From a virus, in IMG/VR virus record IMGVR_UViG_3300042914_003164, positions 32,001-96,000 of that record: DNA of 64,000 nucleotides; one strand, 5' to 3'. The translations under genes were made by a program, and so were the position numbers. Below, piece after piece: positions 19,501-28,319 of this stretch. The notes under the pieces are model-generated. The model had not been told where the DNA came from and searched no databases. It saw nothing but the letters and a program-made list of their open reading frames with translations. Positions within the stretch are counted from its first letter, which is position 1, and each line of letters opens with the position of its first letter.

Positions 19501-21615
19501 CTTGCAGCTGGCTGGACTGATTCGTTCATTAGCTTCAACAAAGAGCTTCTCAAGGGTGAGGGCTTGATCAAGTCTCTTAAGACCTTCTTGGAGAGCACGG
19601 CGGATAGGGCTCTTGACTTGATCCTTGAATTTACCCTGCGTCCAATGCAGGAAAAAATGTTCAAGGACATGGCGAAGTTTCTTGGCTTTGAGGCCGAAAA
19701 GAATCCACTGCTGAAGCCCCTTGATTCAATCAACAACCTTAACGAGAAGATTTACACTGACCTCAAGGCGATAAAAGACCACTTCCTCAAGAATGCCCCA
19801 GCCGCTCTACCTGTTCAGCCGCAGGCTGCTAATGGCATCGTGCCGGGACCTGGACTAAGCGGAATTCCCGCTTCTCAGCAGATTACCCAATTCAGCAATC
19901 TCTCTCCTGTAAGCCCGGTAGGCCCCCAGAGCAGCGGTTTGCCGCCCAACTGGAACGAGGGGCTTGGTGCTGGACGTGGACATCAAGGGCGGGACGTTGG
20001 GGTGGACGTTGGCACCACGATTCACGCAATGGAGGCTGCTGTAGTCGAAAGCATTATTAGGGGCTTCGGCAAAGCTGGCGATGCAGTTGTTCTTCGTTAC
20101 GCCAACAGCGACAGGCTGGGAGTCTATGGACACATGACCCCTGGCGTAGAAGCCGGTCAGTCTGTTGCGGCTGGTCAGCAAATTGGCGTCATAACCCCTG
20201 ATATTCGGCCAGGTGGCGGGAATAACAGCCATCTTCATTATGAATGGTGGAAGCAGCAAAGAGGTCCCGCAGGAAACCTGCTCGACCCAAGCGACAGACT
20301 GCGCAAAGCGATATACGGTTCGCCTGCTTCAATGAACAGAGGTCCTCAGTCTTCCCTCCCCGGCGCCTTCACCGGGATGGGCGGACCCGATGAACTGTTT
20401 GCCGTTGAGCAGGTGCAGGGGATCCTTCCACAGGTCGTGAAGGGTGCCGTTGAGAACTACGAAAGATTTAAGGTCGCTGTCGAGAAAGACCTTAATTCGC
20501 TGAATTCACTAAAAGAGGTGGAGGGTTTTGGACTTGACGCACTGGATTGGGTCAAGAATAAAGCCCCACTGGGCGCAGTTGGACCCGCAGCAGACAAGGC
20601 AATGCGCTCTGACATGAGCGAAATTCTTGTGGAACTTGTCAACAATCGCATGAGCCAGCTTTCTACTGCTCAGCAATCCATGCCCAGCGGTGAAGGTTCG
20701 CCCCTCAACGGGATACTCAAATATGAGGGGCAGCTTAGCGAGCTTGGCTTTACGACGATTGATCTAAATGGCCAATTCTCCAAGGTTGGAGAATCTGTTT
20801 ATCAGCTCGACCAGAAGCTTCTTAGCGCATCCCAGTCCACTGAAATGTGGAATGCAAGCCTTGGCCAAAGCGCCAGCACACAGGAAAGGGCCGGATCGAC
20901 TGCGGAGAGGACAGCCAATCAAGAGTCCGAAAGGCTGAAGAAGATTGGCCAGTTCGCTGGCGCAAGCATCCAAACCCTAAGCGGTGTTGCGATGGGTATT
21001 GGCGGCGCCCAGATGATCGGCAAGGGTGGCACCTACAACACCCTGATGGGCATCGCCTCCATCTTTGGTGGCATCTCCAGCGTCGCTTCTGGCATAGGCG
21101 GCTTTGGTAACATGTTTGGCTTGAAAGGTTTTGCGGATGGTGGCAGACCTACCCCCAACGAGCCAGCCTGGATCGGGGAAGAGGGAATGGAGCTGTGGGT
21201 TCCTGATAAGCCGGGGACGATCATCTCAAACGATGACCTAGATGATCTATATGTCCCAGGACTTGATGACAAAAACAGTCCTCCGGTTCCTGCTGGCAGG
21301 TACTCTCGCAAGGAGTCTGGCGGGTTCTCTTCGGAGTCTGACTACGATCAATCTGGCGCACCTCTGTCCTATGGCCGATCCGTGCCATACCAGCGCAGTG
21401 AGACCACAAGGGAGATTGATCGCCTTGAGCGGGTCGCCGCAAACCCACGCGAGCTGCCCCCGATCAAGTATGAAACCCAGCGAGTCAATCAGTATGAGTT
21501 TGTCACCCCTGACCAGCTTGAGGAGTCCAACGCAAGGACCGCGAAGGCTGCGAGGGCGCAGACAATCCGCGAACTTGCTGATAGCCTGAAGACCCGTAAG
21601 CGCATCGGACTCTGA
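13582..21615 (+). CDS. tail tape measure protein with internal M23 peptidase domain
   Basis: 2677 aa, helical; GGAFPLLFG Gly-rich segment; HQGRD...HLHYE (about 19981-20244); C-terminal FADGG..GEEG.EL.VP. Confidence 0.92.
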   Translation: MAVNRETIQIQISGGDRIRDLDRALRDAARGVDELNQSLAGAEERLQALGAEQRAFTQGTRRLGTQARRARQLEMDLGSGAGASQAETAATRSSLRLRATAIRRELRERATERRRLEQRTRSAMEQSGVEETRRTELRRQFDNLIDAQGDYADQIRQNANEMARQLRQTRNRSAIRTTNTRRARYEEAIERLGTGAEFGDRPTSGLRQRFAEIRQSASLRSVELDRLEEAEAAVRSGAAARIRMLRGELASRRIMGEVGSGRQEPEARAVRDQINDILNEVAARSGGFQTTRARLVTEQGSLAERLREALRTGRGRREGFDFSRRLGERRDRLVAEQAIEPRTLDRVNSALERAGALRDAGDIETAKEVLKGAERTIAARERELKLQRNITREREGGLDAEVDRTNKLNSLQRKLNELRGGGARGFAIQRAEGLVARLPELEQAGNFGEFNRVSKQASDLLSATSSALTRQNKSTATISRFQKGIAKIEGKIAQNKQITLEEASRLQAFNEAQRRERGLGPAQLALPSGDPSLPRFRGGARPAGEGMIGRTAEEASTALREIQSDFIKKAAKPVGQKFVEALAEASTSAITGRGIFEAFQGFAKGFGKLATSQGAGGKAATGAIDPAEAQTRFNKALNSSRALTEQLNTLEVEGVNVAQERIKLEAALKATRKTNFELNRSSLEAIEDQLSNTRSFVSAERAVITQVAKRNKLEQDALDGQTARTNKLLGLQRKLGELTAAGVGGPALQRAQGLIGKLPGLEQGGNLGEFDRVAARASASLLDAASASRLQASASRDVAAADKARAAATKGAQDAEFKLRQLTTKGVDPRQLAAPVGGKTTSLQKIINRASSEAAFGDPARASELLDIANRRVEVLGRELGLAKSVESQEKKRVNASKAVTRENEKQSKAAVALASQREDALDAEVSRTLKLEKLERQLNELRAAGAKGVSFQRAEMFIGRLPALEQAGNFREFERAAKVSAEALAATRAGMAASKKAAGGAIDPAEAQTRLSKALNSSRVLQEQLNTLELKGVNVAQTKANLQNAINNAKQSTFQLTRDNLQELERELEAVRSLVAAEKSVTAEQEKQSKLRKISGENLPRIRRDTLSGLLGDIRESGGAGRVLMGGRSAEGAIEQIVQTFNRSVGTGATAGKAGQQLGLNDLAKVSKASTRELELLSETLTMVRAGMRTTDKGFDQIGDTIARVNRQIQRTDPDADFLTRRLGVRGGRAASEGLIGGAFPLLFGQGIGAAAGGAAGGALGGAAGGMLGFGLSLTGTAIGTAADNLMQAAQDTGDMLRDLTGNFDQIKEAGLLASRTQEKLVESLIQGGEKTAAYSIIQAELNRKLGGEGVSRLRAAADAGDRMKRAMAELGIQIQEAVSGPLAALLNWVSGVVEEGNKVNRYGLLLQQLPPERAQQLRQETLGAVAQAGQLNPFRVRSPLLGTQNLEPDEGEVARIATLGQLSAILAKFEAFVPSTPQTEEEKRSAAIREAEVEVSRAQRDLQAVSRELESIDILKGFEQRIVAAKREQEDIDRQAFEARRDYERQIADIRESVENRVSQINQENKQKEIDLIVKQGEIRQAQFRNAALAIQGELAGDELASSLADAVSTYLGAQLSAQDQIEQRRAQFELDLANQEIEIGKFKIDIAKSVSRLNLDTNEKIQAINLNIARRNEDAAKNTFEFEKKIASLKLKATTRELVLSRSQDEIDLEALRTRNASLPSNPVLDAQVKVLETRVAETRKATDEILGMIKEVEAMPPPAQIRPVAPISAKSVSTAGVDRAFARGVALSRQFQELEDQLVALVKAGDAQELVNQLDRIALTAGRQLATSLSDAVKEYGVAVGDLKPIIDGVDQSYEELRNSFARQKRPVTPELEKLLEGYRKAQIALEELAPTQRFYNDAISGYTGEIDQLKGSINDLLGPTSAYEKELQRINESGGIQVNPELNTRLLEAAANTDRLREKLEALNALNDLAAGWTDSFISFNKELLKGEGLIKSLKTFLESTADRALDLILEFTLRPMQEKMFKDMAKFLGFEAEKNPLLKPLDSINNLNEKIYTDLKAIKDHFLKNAPAALPVQPQAANGIVPGPGLSGIPASQQITQFSNLSPVSPVGPQSSGLPPNWNEGLGAGRGHQGRDVGVDVGTTIHAMEAAVVESIIRGFGKAGDAVVLRYANSDRLGVYGHMTPGVEAGQSVAAGQQIGVITPDIRPGGGNNSHLHYEWWKQQRGPAGNLLDPSDRLRKAIYGSPASMNRGPQSSLPGAFTGMGGPDELFAVEQVQGILPQVVKGAVENYERFKVAVEKDLNSLNSLKEVEGFGLDALDWVKNKAPLGAVGPAADKAMRSDMSEILVELVNNRMSQLSTAQQSMPSGEGSPLNGILKYEGQLSELGFTTIDLNGQFSKVGESVYQLDQKLLSASQSTEMWNASLGQSASTQERAGSTAERTANQESERLKKIGQFAGASIQTLSGVAMGIGGAQMIGKGGTYNTLMGIASIFGGISSVASGIGGFGNMFGLKGFADGGRPTPNEPAWIGEEGMELWVPDKPGTIISNDDLDDLYVPGLDDKNSPPVPAGRYSRKESGGFSSESDYDQSGAPLSYGRSVPYQRSETTREIDRLERVAANPRELPPIKYETQRVNQYEFVTPDQLEESNARTAKAARAQTIRELADSLKTRKRIGL

Positions 21616-21616
21616 A

Positions 21617-22105
21617 GTGAAAAGTGATTTTGCAATTGTTAGTTACATTCGCTTCAAGGAGCGTCGTGGAGGCCCTTATCTGCCATTCGCCTACCAGAAC
21701 TATTACATCAACGAAACAAGACAGTACCAAGGTGTAGATTACAATTTTGCCCCGCTTGGTGTCTCAGGCGGTGGCGGCAGGCAAGGGGGCGAGCGTGGCA
21801 GAGGTGCAATTGTCTGCCCCTCTAACACCCTTGTTCAGAACATTTTTTGGGAAGCGGACTCAAATAGGTGGCTGGTGGAAATCGCCTCAGTTGAGGTTGA
21901 TACACAGAGCGATCAAGAACTTGCACTGATAACCAAGCAGTTTTGGTCCTGCCGCATTGAAGGCAACATTGAAATTGGCAAGCCTGGGTATTCCGTTTTA
22001 CAGCTGTCGAGCCCTCTTGACACGGCTAATGCTATAGTTGGCGGCAGACCTCTTTCTCAGTTTATGGTTGGAGCACTGCCAACAAGCGGGACCATTAGCG
22101 TATGA
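21617..22105 (+). CDS. tail tip protein (gpL-like)
   Basis: Synteny after TMP; YQNY...YNFAP, LSSPLD..VG.LP motifs. Confidence 0.55.
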   Translation: MKSDFAIVSYIRFKERRGGPYLPFAYQNYYINETRQYQGVDYNFAPLGVSGGGGRQGGERGRGAIVCPSNTLVQNIFWEADSNRWLVEIASVEVDTQSDQELALITKQFWSCRIEGNIEIGKPGYSVLQLSSPLDTANAIVGGRPLSQFMVGALPTSGTISV

Positions 22106-22509
22106 GCCTGCATGACTACCTTGGGCTCAAACATGGATTTGGAGCTGACCCAAGAGACGGTAAAGCCGCAGATTGCCTCCTCCTTTGTTTTGCACTTCTT
22201 GAAGAGGGTGGTGCTTTTGCCCCAAAGCTTGACCCAAGCTGGATTGAGATGGCAAGAGCTGGCCTCTGGGGCTCTCTTGAGGCAATCTGGAACAGAATGA
22301 CGGTTGCTGTTGATGGCCCTGAGCCATTTGCAGTTACCCTCCACCGCAACAAGCCAAGACCCGATCACCCAAGACTTGGCGTTTCAACACTGATTGAAAC
22401 AGGCGGATCGCTGGGCATTGTTATGATTCATGCAAGAAAGGGTGTGATCTGGCTACCGCTATCTACACCCGGACTGCCAAAGTTTCAATTCAGGAAGTTC
22501 AAGCAGTGA
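22102..22509 (+). CDS. NlpC/P60-like tail protein (gpK-like)
   Basis: YLGLKHGFGADP....ADC motif; synteny. Confidence 0.6.
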   Translation: MSLHDYLGLKHGFGADPRDGKAADCLLLCFALLEEGGAFAPKLDPSWIEMARAGLWGSLEAIWNRMTVAVDGPEPFAVTLHRNKPRPDHPRLGVSTLIETGGSLGIVMIHARKGVIWLPLSTPGLPKFQFRKFKQ

Positions 22510-25500
22510 AGCCACATCTTCTGCCCATGCACTACCGGCTGGGGCGCCTGCTGGGCATGAGGCCGGAGGATGTCAAGCGCTTCTACTGGGAGGCCGCCAA
22601 GAAGGCCGCCGAGGGGCCTCAACCCGCTGTCGTGGCAGGCACTGGTGCCGAGACCCTGGCGATCATCGCTCTGGTCTCCTCTGCCATCAGCGTTGGCCTG
22701 ACCATCGTTGCCCAGTTCTTCCGGCCCAGTGATGCCGCTCCTGGGCGCCTGAAGCCGGTCGCCAGGGAGGGGAAGACGATCAGCGATGGCCGCCGGTATG
22801 CCCCGAGGGACGGCTTTGACGCGCTACAGGATGTTGCGCCGATTGGCGAGCGAATGCCGATTGTTTTTGCATTGCGCGAAACGATTGGTGGTGTCACTTA
22901 TGGCGGTATCAGGGTAAACACGCCGCTTCTTTGGAGCCAGATACAAACCATAAATGGCAGGCAGCTTCTTAGGCTGATTTTTCTGATTAGCGATGGGGGT
23001 GTTAGCGAAGTTGATCCAAATGGTTTTGCTATTGGCAATAACCTATTGAACGCTTACAACCTTGGCGATGGGACGCAGCTCGGTGCCTCCTATTCCGCTT
23101 ATCTGAGAGCGAATGGTGGTCGCATAAAGTCGGTCAATCGTATTGCAGGCAGGCAAGCAAACCTTGATCCAGGCAACGCTCAGAACCAAGGTGGCGGGGA
23201 TGTTTTTGAAGTTCGATCAATTGATGGTGTCCTTGCCCCCGACTTCTGCTCTGTAAGCAGGCCAGGGACAAACACGGCTTTTGGTGTTCACTCGCCAATT
23301 GGCAATAATCTTGGCTACAGAGTTAACCCTGTAATTAAGCCGAAGTACCAGGCGCAACTGGTGCCCAAGGGTGATGACGGCGATTCTAGGGTAAAATGCC
23401 AAGTCGATGAAGTTGCTGCGGCTCAAAGGCGAAAAGCAAAAGCATTCTTTTCCACTCGCTCTGGTTTTATTAGTGGCAATGCAAACGCTATTGGTAATAC
23501 GCTAACCTATGTTCTTGACAGGTCGAGCGATGTAGAAACTGACTTTGGTAAAGCCCTTGACCCTGGCGCGTGGAGTGTCGATGTTGAAGTTCAGCGTTTA
23601 TCTGGCAGTGCTACAACTGGTGTCGATTACAGTTCAACATCTTCTTCATCTTCTCTTTCTTTCGGTGCAGACGTACCGACCATAAATCAGTCTGCACTTA
23701 TTGGTGGAATTCAGTGGCTGAATGCGAGCGATAATGTTGTTTCTAGTCCAGTTGTTACAATCACTAATGTATCAAGCAGAAAGGTAGAACTTAGCACAAA
23801 ACTTCAGTACAGCGCATCAGGGTTGACAGACGCAGAAAAAGCCCAGCTCCTTTATTCAAGATTTAAGCTTACTTTTGTAAATAGCGCGGTTGATAACGAT
23901 GACGAGCCATCTGTTTTCTACAGGGTTGGCGTAAAGCAAAACAAAAATATCCCGATAAACTACGACATTGACTTTGGCAATGAAACATTTTCACTTGACT
24001 ACGGCTCAAGCACGACAGCCTATCAAGTTCAGTCCTCAGTGGATTCAAGGAAAACCGTAACCGCTCGTATCAACAAAAGCGAACTGATCAGTGAGCTGGC
24101 CGCTGACGTTGCATCTACAATTGCTGGCAAGCAAGAGCAGTGGGACGACTCTATACAACTCGGCGCTCTCTATAAATTTGGCACAGCCCTCCTTGTTTGC
24201 AGCTCTCGCAGCCCCGATGGTGAGGTTTTCTACAGCGAAGCCGGTTTTGAACAGCCGAGCGAAGAAGATCCCCCTCCAGGGCAAAGCATTACAGCAACCT
24301 TCACCGTCGTCAGGCCAGGGGTTGTCGCACTGACGAATCTTGCTGATCTTCGTGTTGATGGAAATGAAGACCAGCAGCCACAAAGATATGTGGGCACAAA
24401 CTTCCCGCATCTGTTCAGAATTGATATTGCAACTATCACAACTAATCGCCCAACGGAACTTGTTGAGCTTATTGTAAGGAGTAACCTTGGGATTAGAATC
24501 AACGGTCTTTGCAACTTCAGGGATACAATATCTTATGGAGCCGCTGACGACAAGGCTTGTCTTGACTACAAAGGAGACACAGTTTCCCCTGGTGCAACAT
24601 TAAAGCAGTATATCTATACATCGGGTGCCGTAACAACCTCTCAAATGAGGTACTCGTTTTTCAGGGTTCGCGTCCGCATTAGCGGCTCCAATGACCCATG
24701 GATTGAATTTCAGCAGTGCTACTGCTTCCGTGGCATTAGCCAGCAAAATCAGTTCAACACTATTCGCTTGCAGTTTCCGAGTGTGGCCCAATGGGAGATT
24801 GAGCTAGAGCCCCTCTCTGGCTGGGAAATCAGATCAGGCAACGCCAGCGGAACTTATGTCTTGATTGATGGGAAGCAGGAATCAAACTCAACCCTGATCA
24901 CCAAAACTCGGAACGGGGTAACGCTTCAGGTTTACGGTAGGGAGGGCAGCGGCGCTGATATTGGTGTTGGGCCGGGGAATGAGCCTTTCAGGCTTCCTGC
25001 TGTCCGCAAGGCACCAAGCCAGGGATACGGAGATTTGGGCTATGGATACACCGATGACGACGGTGATAACAGAACTCAGTTTGTGGACGTTTTTGGCGCA
25101 CTCGCTGAGACCTTTGTCTTTTCTGAAGTGACATCAACCGCTGAGGGCGGCCCCGAGCACGAGATTGTTGCAATAAATGAGATTGTCGAAAATACCACGA
25201 CTCCGCTTTATCCCGATATAGCAACAGGCGGGCTCAACATTCTTCCTGGAAATACTTTTCAGCAGCTTGGCCAGCACTCCGCTTACGTCAACGCTGGATT
25301 CCCAGACTGCAGGCGCTTAAGGAATAATTTGACACTTGGCCCCAGCCACCTATTGCCAGATATAGCGCTAGAGCTTTTAACAAATTCTATCTATGGAACT
25401 GGTGAAGACGTAAGCGATGACCAAATAGATTTTGACTCCTTCAAGGAGGCCGCAGACTGGTGCCATGCTAACAGGTATTTCTGCGACATCGGCTACACAC

Positions 25501-26381
25501 CACAAAATGTCATCGAATGGATCAGTCAAACAGCCGAACAACACCTTCTGCTGTTCCTTGAGATCGACGGAAAATTTGTGCTTAAGCCGCTTTTTCCCTA
25601 TACACCGGGTAACTACACAGACTGGAGCCAAAAAGTTGACATCAAAGGGATGTTTGGCCTGCTGCAGATCAAGTCTTTCTCGTTCGCTGCTGTTGAAGAA
25701 GAGGCTCGCAGGCCAATTCAAGCTTCGGGCAAGTGGAGAGAGGAAAGAAAGGTCAGCAACGTAACAAATCCTGGCATATTCCCGAACGAAAGAGAAGTTC
25801 TGGTCAGGGAGGCGGATCCGAAGTCTTCCGATTCCGATCCAATTCAATCGTTTGACCTTTCAGACTTCGCTACAAACGAAAAGCATTTAATTGACTATCT
25901 CAAGTACAAAGCAAGAGTTCGTCGCCTTTCAACTCATGGCTGCACGATTGAGCTTACACAGGATTCTCTTCTTTCTCCGCTTAGGCCAGGGGATTATGTT
26001 CAAATCCCCGTAGAAATGACTTTCTATAGCGAGTTTAAGACTGGAATCATCAGGAGTGACGGTGTTCTAGTTGCAACTCAAGACATAGGGCCTGGCACGT
26101 ATCCGGCCCTGGTTTGGAGTGGAACAGCCGAAGACAGCCCAGCGGAGGGAAGCATTGTTGTAGCGACTGATGGAACAGCGCAGCCAGAGGGGACTATTTT
26201 TTCCATAAAGGAAACCAGCTCAGACCTTAAAACTTACAGGATTACTGACATAAATCCCAGCGAAAACGCTGGCTTCACCCTTGATCTTATTGAATCGCCA
26301 ATTGATAGCTCGGGCAGGCTGGTTCTGTCCCAGAATTGGGGAGGGACATCATCCAACGCCAACTGGGAGATCTTAAAATGA
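22506..26381 (+). CDS. central tail tip/baseplate hub protein (gpI/J-like)
   Basis: 1291 aa; PIVF...GGIRVNTPLLWSQ; LL.N..YG.G, ID.DSF..AA.WC, LRPGDYV motifs. Confidence 0.8.
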   Translation: MKPHLLPMHYRLGRLLGMRPEDVKRFYWEAAKKAAEGPQPAVVAGTGAETLAIIALVSSAISVGLTIVAQFFRPSDAAPGRLKPVAREGKTISDGRRYAPRDGFDALQDVAPIGERMPIVFALRETIGGVTYGGIRVNTPLLWSQIQTINGRQLLRLIFLISDGGVSEVDPNGFAIGNNLLNAYNLGDGTQLGASYSAYLRANGGRIKSVNRIAGRQANLDPGNAQNQGGGDVFEVRSIDGVLAPDFCSVSRPGTNTAFGVHSPIGNNLGYRVNPVIKPKYQAQLVPKGDDGDSRVKCQVDEVAAAQRRKAKAFFSTRSGFISGNANAIGNTLTYVLDRSSDVETDFGKALDPGAWSVDVEVQRLSGSATTGVDYSSTSSSSSLSFGADVPTINQSALIGGIQWLNASDNVVSSPVVTITNVSSRKVELSTKLQYSASGLTDAEKAQLLYSRFKLTFVNSAVDNDDEPSVFYRVGVKQNKNIPINYDIDFGNETFSLDYGSSTTAYQVQSSVDSRKTVTARINKSELISELAADVASTIAGKQEQWDDSIQLGALYKFGTALLVCSSRSPDGEVFYSEAGFEQPSEEDPPPGQSITATFTVVRPGVVALTNLADLRVDGNEDQQPQRYVGTNFPHLFRIDIATITTNRPTELVELIVRSNLGIRINGLCNFRDTISYGAADDKACLDYKGDTVSPGATLKQYIYTSGAVTTSQMRYSFFRVRVRISGSNDPWIEFQQCYCFRGISQQNQFNTIRLQFPSVAQWEIELEPLSGWEIRSGNASGTYVLIDGKQESNSTLITKTRNGVTLQVYGREGSGADIGVGPGNEPFRLPAVRKAPSQGYGDLGYGYTDDDGDNRTQFVDVFGALAETFVFSEVTSTAEGGPEHEIVAINEIVENTTTPLYPDIATGGLNILPGNTFQQLGQHSAYVNAGFPDCRRLRNNLTLGPSHLLPDIALELLTNSIYGTGEDVSDDQIDFDSFKEAADWCHANRYFCDIGYTPQNVIEWISQTAEQHLLLFLEIDGKFVLKPLFPYTPGNYTDWSQKVDIKGMFGLLQIKSFSFAAVEEEARRPIQASGKWREERKVSNVTNPGIFPNEREVLVREADPKSSDSDPIQSFDLSDFATNEKHLIDYLKYKARVRRLSTHGCTIELTQDSLLSPLRPGDYVQIPVEMTFYSEFKTGIIRSDGVLVATQDIGPGTYPALVWSGTAEDSPAEGSIVVATDGTAQPEGTIFSIKETSSDLKTYRITDINPSENAGFTLDLIESPIDSSGRLVLSQNWGGTSSNANWEILK

Positions 26382-26788
26382 GCACCGTTGACTTTCCGTT
26401 GATAATTCCGTCATCCATGGAGTTTTCGCCTCCAGAATTTCCAATAGGCGAAGATGTAAGCATTGGAGGTGTCTATACAAGGCGCAGGTTTGGCAATCGC
26501 CCATCAGAGGGTAGACTTCAGACCGAGTTCAGTAATGTCGCAAATTCAATTGCCGCTTCTGTGCTAAAAAGTCATCTGGACTCAGGCGGCCTTGCCTCAA
26601 TCAACTTTGACTCCTCCTTTTTCTCGGGTGCGGGAGTGGAATTGCTGGTCTACTTAAACAATAGCGCCTATCAAGGGCTTTCCTGGTACTTTGCCAAGGG
26701 GTCGCCGCCACGTATCAACAGGGTAGAGGGTGGCGGGCAGCTATCAAATATGTCCATTGAGTTCGTTGCTAGGCTGGTCGCAGGCTAG
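26378..26788 (+). CDS. distal tail-like protein
   Basis: ATGA overlap; FP.I.PS, RRRFGN motifs. Confidence 0.55.
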   Translation: MSTVDFPLIIPSSMEFSPPEFPIGEDVSIGGVYTRRRFGNRPSEGRLQTEFSNVANSIAASVLKSHLDSGGLASINFDSSFFSGAGVELLVYLNNSAYQGLSWYFAKGSPPRINRVEGGGQLSNMSIEFVARLVAG

Positions 26789-26813
26789 TACGCTCTTTTC
26801 CGCTGTTTCAGTC

Positions 26814-27215
26814 ATGGGTATCGCAACCGGCGCAGACGCCTATGTTTACTGGAATGGCTTCCATGTAGGAAGCTTTATCTCTGCGGAGCAGCCGACTGAA
26901 AAGCCTGCTCTTGAGACGACTCCGCTTGGTGTCTCGGACAGAACCTATGTCAGTAGCAGGCTGAGAAACAACACCTTCTCTGGCACCCTTTTCTACGATC
27001 CTCAAGACTCAACCGCTAACTCACTGATTAACGCGATTGATCAAAATAACGCAGTTGATGGCGTAATGAAGGTCGAATGGATCAAGAACACGTCTGATGG
27101 AGCCAGGGAAGGAAGTGCCATTGTTACGTCTCGCGGTGCATCGGTTTCCGTTGGGGACTTGATGCGTGTCAACATATCTATTCAGTTTACCGGAGCCGTT
27201 ACTGGCAGCTTCTAA
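26814..27215 (+). CDS. tail tube-like protein
   Basis: LETTPLG..DRTYV..FSGTLFYD...ISIQFTG tube-fold pattern. Confidence 0.6.
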   Translation: MGIATGADAYVYWNGFHVGSFISAEQPTEKPALETTPLGVSDRTYVSSRLRNNTFSGTLFYDPQDSTANSLINAIDQNNAVDGVMKVEWIKNTSDGAREGSAIVTSRGASVSVGDLMRVNISIQFTGAVTGSF

Positions 27216-28264
27216 TGTCTGTAATCCTTGGTGCTGGCGGCGCAATTGAGTTCAGTCGTGAGTGGCCTGATCCCACTGCGCTTCCACAGTCCGCTGCCAA
27301 GCAATCCTCAATCCTTTGCCGTGAGCCAGGCTTTTGGACTGGTCAGCGAGTTTTGATCTATTCGCATCTTGGCGTCCCCCTAAAAATAAATGGCGCAGCA
27401 TACGCTCCATGTCCAGACGGCCACAGGTTCTGGGGTGACAAGGGCGTGGCTGGCCCCAGAACCCTGCACAGAGGGTCGGATTCAAAGCCCTTTTGGCGCC
27501 TCAGCGACTCTTCGTGCTTCTGGGAGGATGAATCATCGGTCGGTCTCGTAAGACTCGTTTCTGCGTATATCCATAGGAATCAAATTGATCAGATAACTTT
27601 TTATACTTCCGAGTCGCACGCTGTTAGCAAAAACCCTGCAGGCTTGGTCCCCTTCTCTCCTGTTCACTATCAAAGTCTTTTGATAGCTCCATACGATTCG
27701 TCAAACGCTTACCAGCTCAGTGTCGAAGCTCTTGGGCTTGCGCTGTTTGGAGCAGGCATAGACAAAGAAGTGCCATCCACAAATCTATTTGAAACGCCGG
27801 AGCCAATTCAAAAATCTTACGACGACCCCGAGAGAAGAGGTTGGCACTTTTTAGCAGAATGCCGTGACTGGGCGCTGCAAACTGACCCGTCCGTTCTCGA
27901 TTCAACCGCAATTGGCGAGGATTTTGGTGATAGCGTCAAGGATGTTGTGAGGGGGTCTGGCAGCTTCAACTGCTATATCCCTGTCGGCTTAAGTAGCTCT
28001 GGCAAGGTGGATGCAAAGAGCTTTGTAAGGCTTTCCTTGATGACCGAGACCGGATCCAAAGCCAGAGCGAGATTCAGGGTGCAGGAGGAGGCTTTGGGAA
28101 CCTGCGAACCGGAAGAGACCGTCTGGTTTGAATGTGACATGCTGCTTGGCCCAGGGGAAATATCTGCGTCTTTTGATGGCGCGGTGAACTACAGCGCTCA
28201 ATTCGTCGTCGTCAAAGATAAAGATGGCATGGGCATCAAGCCTGTAATAGGCGTTTTCTCCTAG
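27215..28264 (+). CDS. virion protein with C-terminal tail tube-like domain
   Basis: RDWALQTD...LDSTAIG...GSGSF resembles the major tail protein motif. Confidence 0.55.
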   Translation: MSVILGAGGAIEFSREWPDPTALPQSAAKQSSILCREPGFWTGQRVLIYSHLGVPLKINGAAYAPCPDGHRFWGDKGVAGPRTLHRGSDSKPFWRLSDSSCFWEDESSVGLVRLVSAYIHRNQIDQITFYTSESHAVSKNPAGLVPFSPVHYQSLLIAPYDSSNAYQLSVEALGLALFGAGIDKEVPSTNLFETPEPIQKSYDDPERRGWHFLAECRDWALQTDPSVLDSTAIGEDFGDSVKDVVRGSGSFNCYIPVGLSSSGKVDAKSFVRLSLMTETGSKARARFRVQEEALGTCEPEETVWFECDMLLGPGEISASFDGAVNYSAQFVVVKDKDGMGIKPVIGVFS

Positions 28265-28319
28265 CCGAATCAGTCCAGAACGGCTTGGCTAGGCTAGTGG
28301 CACGCTGTTGGGATAAAAC

